From positions 76,843,615-76,907,614 of the forward strand of contig NC_068988.1 of NCBI RefSeq assembly GCF_001194135.2: 64,000 bases of DNA. The letters are read 5' to 3'. The notes beneath the pieces were generated by a model. The model was not told where the DNA came from, did not search any database, and was given only the letters and a program-made list of their open reading frames with translations. Positions within the stretch are counted from its first letter, which is position 1; each line of letters begins with the position of its first letter. The stretch is from Octopus bimaculoides. Taxonomy: Eukaryota. The position numbers were made by a program, and so were the translations under genes. Shown here one piece after another: positions 39,138 to 49,587 of this stretch.

Positions 39138-39890
39138 CATGTGGTGCATCTTTGTTTTGCTGTGATTCTCCTCTGCTCAATGATGTTTGTGATGGCTGAA
39201 ATGAAGGAACAACATGCTGCTATGAAATCCTGTTTTATTTTGCTGGGTAAAACAGCTGCCAAAACAATTGTCATGCTTCAAACAGCCATGAGCAAAACAC
39301 AAGTTTACGAGTGGTTTTCACACTTTAAGAATGGTCATTTGTCACTTGAAGACCAATCTTGTTCAGGGCAACCGTCAACCTCCCGAGTGGATGAAAACAT
39401 CATGAAAATTCATGAACTGATTTGGAGGACCATCACCAAACAATTAACAAACTTGTTGATATGACTGGTGTGTCCTGGAGCTCCTGCCAATGAATTCTGA
39501 GTGAGGAATTGTGAATGAAAAGTGTTGCAGCAAAATTTGTGCTTCGCTTACTCATGGAAGATCAAAAGCAGTCACAACTGAATGCATGTCGTGGACTGAA
39601 AGAACAACTGGAAGTTGATCTGGACCTTTTTTTGAAGGTCATCACTGGTAACAAAAGCTGGTGCTATGGAAGTTGCAGATGTGGAAGAGGTGAAGAGAAA
39701 AAATGATGAAGTCATAAAAAGGCATCACTTCGCAAGAGTTCCAGCCCTGCTTTGAACAGTGAAAATAGTCTGGATCAATGCATTGCTTCAAATGGAGAAT
39801 ACTTTGAAGGTGATAAAAGTGTAAACATGTAAAACTAGGTCAATAAAATGATATTGCAAAATTCCAGTTTCTTTTGGGTATCTTCTCATA
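39138..39890 (+). mobile_element. Mariner deletion derivative lacking the DD34D core
   Basis: MKEQHAAMKSCF..LGKTAAKT..KTQVYEWFSHFKNG..SGQPSTS; ITGNKSWCYG joined directly to ADVEEVK; C-terminal ASNGEYFEGD; degenerate right TIR ending ~39890. Confidence 0.8.
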
Positions 39891-40519
39891 TATGTAACTG
39901 AAAGCACAGTAAGATTAAAATAATAACATTTTATAAAAAGCAAAATAAAAATATAATCTCTCTCATGCTTCAGTGTTAGAAAGAAAGAAATCTTGCATTT
40001 ATCATCATTATCTTTATTTTTGATATTGTCTTTATTATTATTGTCGTCAACACTGTTGTCATTGTCATCATCTTTATCATCATTGCTATTTTTACTATTC
40101 TTTTTCAATGTAATCCATTTATCAAAGAAGAGTGCTATTATATGGAAAGAAATTACCAGCAAGTTGATATTTGTGTTCTGTGTAGAACCTACTGGAAAAC
40201 AAAAATCAATAAAATCCAATCGCATAAGATATCAAATGGATTTGAGTCTCAGCTAATTTACTTTAACCTTATCACCGCTGCAGTTTATTGACTGCAATGA
40301 AAAATAAAGGAGACTTTCTTTTCATAAAGATTCTGTAAAGATTGTAAAGATTTTTATGAATGGGAAAATTGGACTGAGTTGCTTTATAAGAGTTCTGTCT
40401 GTCTCTAAGGTAAAACTAATAGTAGTTAAATGGAATGAAATTTTAGTGGTGGTCATCATATCCTCATTGGTAATACACAACAGTAAGAAGGTTGACTGGT
40501 AGTCTGCATGTTTAAGGGA

Positions 40520-40745
40520 GAATGGCCACACTATTAATAATGCAATTGAATAGGATAATGAGAGGAGAGCTCAAGAATGAGGAAGTAACCAGAAAATTGA
40601 ATGGACAATATAGGTTAGAAAAAAGAGGATAGCAAACAGTACAAGAAGAATTGTTAAAGACCAAACTGAAAAGATATGATGCTAGATGCAAAAGCTTTGA
40701 ACAGAATAGACTGTTCCAATCAAACAGAAGGTGTTTTTTTGAGGG
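40520..40745 (+). pseudogene. R4/Dong-like ORF N-terminal fragment
   Basis: QYRLEKRG..VQEELLKTKLKRYDARCKSFEQNRLFQSNRRCF resembles the R4-clade pre-RT region. Confidence 0.5.
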
Positions 40746-40748
40746 GAG

Positions 40749-41385
40749 CCAACATATATATTAAAAGTCAGAGTACAATATGCACCTGTTTGCTAGTAAG
40801 AAGAGTTAAAACTCTCCAAAGCCACACATCTCTCACTATATTTAAACATGCATGGAGAATGTAGTAAATATACTAAAAAAAAACAGTTGACCCCATTTGT
40901 AAGACTACAAAGAGGAGTGGGTAGATATCCAAGTATCAATTGATTTCGCTTTCTGTGCTGAATTGACACTTAAAGCTCATCACCTAGGCTTATTATGTAA
41001 ACTATTTAAAAAAAATATATTTACCATTCTGTGCCCGTCTGTTCAGCTGAAGGCTCTGCGACTTTGAAATGAACATGAGAGAGCAAGTACAAATTCAAAA
41101 TTCAAATTAGTTATCACTATCTTTAAAGAAATAATGATAAAGTGGTCAGGAAAACATAACCAAATAGTGTCAGTTCAGCACAGAAAGCAAAATCAATTGA
41201 TACTGGGATATTTACCCTCTTCTTTGTTGTTTTACAAATGGGGATGACTGTTGTTTTTTAAGTATATTTGCTACATTCTCCGTGTGTGTTTACATATAGT
41301 GAGAGAAGCATGGCTTTAAAAAGTTTTAACTCTTTTTTCTAGCGAATGGGTGCATATTGTATCCTGACTTTCAATATATATTTGG
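40749..41385. mobile_element. Fold-back/MITE with ~220-bp inverted arms
   Basis: Arms 40749-40970 and 41166-41385 align as reverse complements over their length. Confidence 0.8.
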
Positions 41386-41684
41386 TTATGTTTGGTTGCC
41401 ACTTCATCATTATTTTTTTAAAAGATAATGCTTATTTGAATTATCATCATTTAATGTCTTTTGTCCATGCTGTCATGGGTTGGATGGTACNNNNNNNNNN
41501 NNNNNNNNNNNNNNNNNNNNNNNNNNNNNNNNNNNNNNNNNNNNNNNNNNNNNNNNNNNNNNNNNNNNNNNNNNNNNNNNNNNNNNNNNNNNNNNNNNNN
41601 NNNNNNNNNNNNNNNNNNNNNNNNNNNNNNNNNNNNNNNNNNNNNNNNNNNNNNNNNNNNNNNNNNNNNNNNNNATATATAACA

Positions 41685-42485
41685 GAATCTTGCCACAAGG
41701 CAAGCAAACAGCAGGAGAGATCTTCAGAGGAAGATCTCCCATCCAATAAGTGTTTCGTCTCTTATACCTGATACATTACAGGAGCCAGGCTCACCCAGGT
41801 CATGACTCCTCAGTTTTGCCCTCTTGTAGAAGTGAGCAACATCATTGAGAGTTTGTGGAACACCAAGCCATTTTCTGGTGTACCTATTTATTTTGCCTCC
41901 ATTGCTCCCATTGTACACTAGCAGGGGCCATAGCAACATTGGCATCAGGATATGCTGAATGCACTAGACCTTGTATTTGCTGGGCAGAGGATATTTGTTG
42001 ATCTTGCGTAGACCCTCCTCTACTGTCTTGGCTGTTTCCTTCACCAGGTTGGTCTCTTTCAGTGTCTTGTTATATCATCTTCCAATACTTTTCTTTTGGG
42101 AATCTTCTGTCTGCCAACTTCGAAGCTAGTGTCTTCCTTCATTTTCCCTTTCCTTAGGGAGAGACTCTTAGATTTCTTGGGCGTGAAAGGCATTCTGCAC
42201 CAGACCATCAACTCATCTTGTTGGTTGAGCAAATTCTGGTCTTCTGACTCCTTGAATGCAAGGATCGTAGTGTCATCCATGTAGGCTTTCAGGGATAGCA
42301 TCTTACATCCACTGCCAAGGTTTACTGCACATGTTTTGCTTTCTATTGCCCCGAGAAGTACCTGCATCGCCATCACAAAGAGTATCAGTGATACTGCACA
42401 ACCCATTGCACTTCTAACCTCGTATCTAATCCAGGCAGTTGTGTATCTCTTGATGCTGAGTCACATCTGAAACCCTGAGAAATAG
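41685..42485 (-). mobile_element. HERO-like (R2 superfamily) non-LTR RT fragment
   Basis: MGCAVSLILFVMAM, LKAYMDDTTI, WCRMPFTPKKSKSLSLRKGK, LPSKYKV..QHILMPMLLWPLLVY, RKWLGVPQTL. Confidence 0.7.
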
Positions 42486-43219
42486 GAATATATATATATA
42501 TATATATATATANNNNNNNNNNNNNNNNNNNNNNNNNNNNNNNNNNNNNNNNNNNNNNNNNNNNNNNNNNNNNNNNNNNNNNNNNNNNNNNNNNNNNNNN
42601 NNNNNNNNNNNNNNNNNNNNNNNNNNNNNNNNNNNNNNNNNNNNNNNNNNNNNNNNNNNNNNNNNNNNNNNNNNNNNNNNNNNNNNNNNNNNNNNNNNNN
42701 NNNNNNNNNNNNNNNNNNNNNNNNNNNNNNNNNNNNNNNNNNNNNNNNNNNNNNNNNNNNNNNNNNNNNNNNNNNNNNNNNNNNNNNNNNNNNNNNNNNN
42801 NNNNNNNNNNNNNNNNNNNNNNNNNNNNNNNNNNNNNNNNNNNNNNNNNNNNNNNNNNNNNNNNNNNNNNNNNNNNNNNNNNNNNNNNNNNNNNNNNNNN
42901 NNNNNNNNNNNNNNNNNNNNNNNNNNNNNNNNNNNNNNNNNNNNNNNNNNNNNNNNNNNNNNNNNNNNNNNNNNNNNNNNNNNNNNNNNNNNNNNNNNNN
43001 NNNNNNNNNNNNNNNNNNNNNNNNNNNNNNNNNNNNNNNNNNNNNNNNNNNNNNNNNNNNNNNNNNNNNNNNNNNNNNNNNNNNNNNNNNNNNNNNNNNN
43101 NNNNNNNNNNNNNNNNNNNNNNNNNNNNNNNNNNNNNNNNNNNNNNNNNNNNNNNNNNNNNNNNNNNNNNNNNNNNNNNNNNNNNNNNNNNNNNNNNNNN
43201 NNNNNNAAAAATAAATATA

Positions 43220-44245
43220 TACATATTATATGAGTGTTGTAAAATCCAACCGGTTTTCGCTATTTAAATTAGCTTTTCAAGGGGCATTGTATAGTGATTA
43301 ATTCGCACAATGAAGGAGTTTTACCATCTTGGCTGTTTGAAAAATAAAAAAGGGTTTAGAGAGTGAACCAAGGGAGGTAATGGGTGTCAAGGGGGATAAC
43401 TGATTCCTTAGGATAGTTTTTAAGGTTGTTGTCAGATTTGAATATTGAGGTGTGGTTTATATTTTTGAATGAATAAGTTTTCTTTATTTAGTCGTTCTTG
43501 CACTGAAATTGAATCTTTGCACTGGTACAGGGTGAAGATAAGGAAATTCGGCGTTTTATCACCTGCGCATCTGTCAATATGTCCGCTCAGTTCAATTTTC
43601 CTGTACTGGGGGAAGCGAATCTGTTCCTTATGTAATGTGACTCTGCATCTCAAAGAGAGGCTCATTTGGCCTACATAGCTATGGCCACAACCTGAGTAGG
43701 TTAGGACATAGATAACGTTGTGGGAGGCACATGTGAAGTTAGTTTTGATTGAGAATTTTTGTCCTTGCTGGAATGTGAATTCTGAGCCTTCACTTAGGTG
43801 TGGGCATGTACCACAATTGGGTTGACTGCATTTTTTAACTGTTGGTATTGTATATATTGAGTACAGTTTTGCATTTGTTAGGAGTCTCTTGAGTGATTTG
43901 TCTTGTCTTTTACATTTTAGTAATTTGTGTTTATTTAGGATGCTGTTCATTTTCGGGTCTTGAGTGAGTATAGGAAGATTTTGTATAATTGTGTTGTATG
44001 CTTCGTTGTTTCTAGGGTTGTGGGTTGATATGTACGGGAGTGATTTGAGGTGTGGTGTTTGGTTTTGTTGTTCTTAGTGTGTTTGTGTCCAATTTCTTGG
44101 CACGTTCAATTCCATGTTCTATAAGTGTAGCTGGGTATTGACGTTCAATGAGTGTTATTTTGAGTTCTTGCAATTGAAGTTCCCGAGTGGTTGTGTCAGA
44201 TACAATCGTACAAATCCATTTTGCTAGATTGAATGGGATATATAT
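43220..44245 (-). mobile_element. Penelope-like element 3' part (RT end, GIY-YIG, 3' region)
   Basis: IPFNLAKWICTIVSD; CSQPNCGTCP; FTCASHNVIYVLTYSGCGHSYVGQ; RLNKENLFIQKYKPHLN. Confidence 0.88.
43246..43284 (-). ncRNA. Degenerate minimal hammerhead-like motif downstream of the Penelope ORF
   Basis: Minus strand ccccttgaaaa-gcta-atttaaa-tagc-gaaa-accggtt: perfect stem II, GAAA box, palindromic stem III; CUGANGA box degenerate. Confidence 0.45.
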
Positions 44246-44870
44246 NNNNNNNNNNNNNNNNNNNNNNNNNNNNNNNNNNNNNNNNNNNNNNNNNNNNNNN
44301 NNNNNNNNNNNNNNNNNNNNNNNNNNNNNNNNNNNNNNNNNNNNNNNNNNNNNNNNNNNNNNNNNNNNNNNNNNNNNNNNNNNNNNNNNNNNNNNNNNNN
44401 NNNNNNNNNNNNNNNNNNNNNNNNNNNNNNNNNNNNNNNNNNNNNNNNNNNNNNNNNNNNNNNNNNNNNNNNNNNNNNNNNNNNNNNNNNNNNNNNNNNN
44501 NNNNNNNNNNNNNNNNNNNNNNNNNNNNNNNNNNNNNNNNNNNNNNNNNNNNNNNNNNNNNNNNNNNNNNNNNNNNNNNNNNNNNNNNNNNNNNNNNNNN
44601 NNNNNNNNNNNNNNNNNNNNNNNNNNNNNNNNNNNNNNNNNNNNNNNNNNNNNNNNNNNNNNNNNNNNNNNNNNNNNNNNNNNNNNNNNNNNNNNNNNNN
44701 NNNNNNNNNNNNNNNNNNNNNNNNNNNNNNNNNNNNNNNNNNNNNNNNNNNNNNNNNNNNNNNNNNNNNNNNNNNNNNNNNNNNNNNNNNNNNNNNNNNN
44801 NNNNNNNNNNNNNNNNNNNNNNNNNNNNNNNNNNNNNNNNNNNNNNNNNNNNNNNNNNNNNNNNNNNNNN

Positions 44871-44904
<34 letters not shown>

Positions 44905-44905
<1 letters not shown>

Positions 44906-47580
44906 CAAAATAAGCAACAGGATATCAAGATGTGATGCACCGCAACTGTTTCAAGTGGCTCCATTTAATTGAACAATGCAATCATTACATCAATTTAAAT
45001 GCAAAGCTACCCTCAGCTGCATAAATGAATAAATGGAGGGCAGGAGTGAGTTGACAGTTTATGGTTATGTATGGTCATAAATATTGTCAGGATTTTAGAA
45101 TTTGTATAAGTAACTGTCTATAAAGGAGGCTGGGTAAGGGAAGACCCCAAATCAAGATGTTAACTACCAATTAAAGGGACAAGTCACTAATAAAACCTAT
45201 GATGTTAATACAGAGGAAATTATCATGTGTTACAATGGATGATTGTATATAAACAATATAGTTGTGTTATATAAAGATAAAATTTAAGATTACTAAAAAT
45301 CATATTATAACCAGAATAGAAAAAATATGTATATATACAACAATTTTCAACATTAGAAAGGCAAGATTACGTAGAATTAACTAGAGTTAAATATGTGCAC
45401 AACTTATTTTTCCCAATTTTTTCTGATACTTAGCTTATAATTAATATAAAGATAGCCTGAGTTATCACCCCAGTATTCCATAAGTAAATACCCAGAGCAA
45501 TAAGTAAATAATTAAGTGCAGGAATGAATATCAAACTAATTCTATGTAATCTTCCCTTTCTAATGTTGAAAATTGGTATCATCATCATTATCATCGTTTA
45601 ACGTCCTCTTTCCATGCTAGCATGGGTTGGACGATTTGACTGAGGACTGGTGAAACCGGATGGCAACACCAGGCTCCAGTCTAATTTGGCAGAGTTTCTA
45701 CAGCTGGATGCCCTTCCTAACGCCAACCACTCAGAGAGTGTAGTAGGTGCTTTAACGTGTCACCCGCACGAAGGCCAGTCAGGCGGTACTGGCAACGGCT
45801 ACACTCAAAATGGTGTCTTTTATGTGCCACCCGCACAAGTGCCAGTCCAGGGGCACTGGCAACGATCTCNNNNNNNNNNNNNNNNNNNNNNNNNNNNNNN
45901 NNNNNNNNNNNNNNNNNNNNNNNNNNNNNNNNNNNNNNNNNNNNNNNNNNNNNNNNNNNNNNNNNNNNNNNNNNNNNNNNNNNNNNNNNNNNNNNNNNNN
46001 NNNNNNNNNNNNNNNNNNNNNNNNNNNNNNNNNNNNNNNNNNNNNNNNNNNNNNNNNNNNNNNNNNNNNNNNNNNNNNNNNNNNNNNNNNNNNNNNNNNN
46101 NNNNNNNNNNNNNNNNNNNNNNNNNNNNNNNNNNNNNNNNNNNNNNNNNNNNNNNNNNNNNNNNNNNNNNNNNNNNNNNNNNNNNNNNNNNNNNNNNNNN
46201 NNNNNNNNNNNNNNNNNNNNNNNNNNNNNNNNNNNNNNNNNNNNNNNNNNNNNNNNNNNNNNNNNNNNNNNNNNNNNNNNNNNNNNNNNNNNNNNNNNNN
46301 NNNNNNNNNNNNNNNNNNNNNNNNNNNNNNNNNNNNNNNNNNNNNNNNNNNNNNNNNNNNNNNNNNNNNNNNNNNNNNNNNNNNNNNNNNNNNNNNNNNN
46401 NNNNNNNNNNNNNNNNNNNNNNNNNNNNNNNNNNNNNNNNNNNNNNNNNNNNNNNNNNNNNNNNNNNNNNNNNNNNNNNNNNNNNNNNNNNNNNNNNNNN
46501 NNNNNNNNNNNNNNNNNNNNNNNNNNNNNNNNNNNNNNNNNNNNNNNNNNNNNNNNNNNNNNNNNNNNNNNNNNNNNNNNNNNNNNNNNNNNNNNNNNNN
46601 NNNNNNNNNNNNNNNNNNNNNNNNNNNNNNNNNNNNNNNATAGAAGTTGTTTCCTGTTTGTTTACAGTGTTTATTGCACCTGAACATCTGCCACATACAA
46701 AAACTAACTTCCTAGTTAACCTGCCTTTGATATTGCTGCACCTCTTATGTGTCCATAGCTTGCACCGGGTACATCTTATAGAGTTACTACCTACTCCTTT
46801 TCTACATACCGAGCAGGGTCATCTACCTGAAGGGGTTTGTGTTTTATCTACCTTCCTACTTATTAGGATTTTGGTTTTAGCTAGGTTGACTCTAAGGCCC
46901 TTCGATTCTAGTCCTTGCTTCCATACCTGAAACTTCTCCTCCTCCTCGGTTATAATGTCATTTTTAGTAATCTTAAATTTTCATCTTTATACAACATAAC
47001 AATGTTGTTTAGATACAATCATCCATAGTACTCCATGATAATTTCCTCTGTATTAACATCACAGGTTTTATTAGCGCCTTGCCCCTTTAACTGGTAATTA
47101 ACATCTTGATTTGGGGTCTTCCCCCATTCGCTTCCTTTATAGACAGTTACTTATACAAATCCTAAAATCCTGACAATATTAATGACCATACCCAACTATA
47201 AACTGTCAACTCACTCCCGCCCTTCATTCTAAACAGACACTGTCCTCTAATCTTAGATTTGGTAGTTGATAAAAAATACTAATAAATTAAAAATGAAACA
47301 CAATCCTTTACAAGCTATGACCTTAACAAACTTCATACAGTTCTTAGAAGTGTAGTGTATTCTTAGCTACATTACTAGCAACATGGACTCTTTCCCTCTT
47401 CTTGCTCTATTAGGGAATTTGAGTAAAATTAATATGTTCAACTGATTAAAAATTCTATTTATTTATGCAGCTGAGGATAGCCCTGCATTTAAATTGATGT
47501 AAGATTGCATTGTTCAATTAAATGGAGTCACTTGAAATGGTCATAGTGCATCACCTCTTGATATCCTGTTGCCTATTTTC
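44905..47580. repeat. Inverted pair of a ~415-bp repeat (44905-45320 and 46947-47580)
   Basis: Reverse-complement homology by eye; the right copy has an extra ~190-bp insert at ~47240-47450. Confidence 0.8.
45580..46945 (-). mobile_element. RTE LINE 3' part (spans a gap)
   Basis: (CAT)n tail, 3' UTR units, and the RT PHD-insert region at 46640-46940. Confidence 0.88.
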
Positions 47581-47915
47581 TACAGCTGGATGCTCTTCCT
47601 AACGTGAACCACTCCAAGAGTGTAGTGGGTGCTTTTACATGCCACCAGCATGAAGGTCAGTCAGGCGGTACTGGCAACAGCCACGCTCAAAATGGTGTAT
47701 TTTACATGTCACCTGCACGAGAGCCAGTCCAGTGGCACTGGCAACGATCTCGCTCGAAAGTCTTTACACGTGCCCCCGGCACATGTGCCAAAAAGGCGAC
47801 ACTGGGCACAGGTGCCATCATGATTTCATTTTTGTTTGCATCAACAAGTCTTCGCAAGCCGAGTTTCGTGTCCAATGAAGGAGACAACGTTGGCATGAGT
47901 GCCAGTCATCGGATT
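47577..47915 (-). mobile_element. RTE LINE 3' UTR fragment
   Basis: ttctacagctggatgc.. and gccagtcc..gcactggcaacgatctcgc units. Confidence 0.8.
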
Positions 47916-48410
47916 NNNNNNNNNNNNNNNNNNNNNNNNNNNNNNNNNNNNNNNNNNNNNNNNNNNNNNNNNNNNNNNNNNNNNNNNNNNNNNNNNNNNN
48001 NNNNNNNNNNNNNNNNNNNNNNNNNNNNNNNNNNNNNNNNNNNNNNNNNNNNNNNNNNNNNNNNNNNNNNNNNNNNNNNNNNNNNNNNNNNNNNNNNNNN
48101 NNNNNNNNNNNNNNNNNNNNNNNNNNNNNNNNNNNNNNNNNNNNNNNNNNNNNNNNNNNNNNNNNNNNNNNNNNNNNNNNNNNNNNNNNNNNNNNNNNNN
48201 NNNNNNNNNNNNNNNNNNNNNNNNNNNNNNNNNNNNNNNNNNNNNNNNNNNNNNNNNNNNNNNNNNNNNNNNNNNNNNNNNNNNNNNNNNNNNNNNNNNN
48301 NNNNNNNNNNNNNNNNNNNNNNNNNNNNNNNNNNNNNNNNNNNNNNNNNNNNNNNNNNNNNNNNNNNNNNNNNNNNNNNNNNNNNNNNNNNNNNNNNNNN
48401 GTCTCACAGC

Positions 48411-48444
<34 letters not shown>

Positions 48445-48793
48445 TTAAGGAATGGAGAAAACGCATGTTATAATTGCATACTTTATTCCTACATATGTTT
48501 CAAAGGATTACAACCTATGTGATCCATAGGGATCGGTGATATTAAAATTGTAACCTTCTCTTCGGGGAATGCATGGGAATCATCTTAAACGTAAGACATT
48601 ATGACCGAGTATGAAAACAATAGATGGATAAGGTTATGACGTGATTCATTTGAAAAAAACCGTTAGAGAATTGGACGCTACCGGATAGTGGGTTGGACAA
48701 CACATACATATAAATGTATGAAAACATATATGCATACATAATTACATATACACCTATACACACATACATACATATATATACACATATATATAC

Positions 48794-48826
<33 letters not shown>

Positions 48827-48927
48827 CATATATATATATATATATAAATGTGTTTTATACAGGATAGTGCTACTGTTGTTTATAGCCCCAAAAAGACATC
48901 TCCTCCAGCTGACTAACAACACACAAC

Positions 48928-49316
48928 CTATGTCCGATTAGTATTTGTGAGGGAGCTCATTGCTCCCATCTGTAGTCTTATGTGATACACATGGACTCAA
49001 GTTTCTGGGTGGTTACTCATCCTCAGTGTGTGTTAATCACTAGCTAGTGATGAAAGCTCATTCCACTTGCAAATTACTACATACTTTTCTGGTGACTCAC
49101 TGTCGATGATCTCGTAAAAGAGAGAGAAATGTTATACTAAGTTTCTGAGTGAGATATAAACAGTAGCAGTACAGAATTGTAAACTATATTTGCCAACTAG
49201 CTAATGATTAATGCACACTGAGGATAGGTAACCACTCAGAAACTGGAGTCTGTGTGTATCATGTAAGGTTAGAGATGGGAGTGATGACCTCCCTCGCAAA
49301 TGCTAATTGGACACAG
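48928..49316. mobile_element. Fold-back/MITE with 121-bp inverted arms
   Basis: Arms 48928-49048 and 49196-49316; differences are mostly transitions. Confidence 0.8.
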
Positions 49317-49587
49317 ACTGTGTCGCTAGGGAATTTAAGAAGAAATTTTTTGCATAACTGTATTAATTCCATTATGCAGAAGACAAAATTGACAAAATTT
49401 TGTAAAAATTCATAAAATTAAAAAAAGTTATGAGGGGTGTTAGCACATGCTTACATCATAATGCCACCTTCCTAACATCAATCACTCTGCAGTGGAGTAC
49501 CCCTCGTTGAGTAATTATATATGTATATATGTATGTATGTATGCACACATATATATATATATATATACATATATTTATGTATGTATG

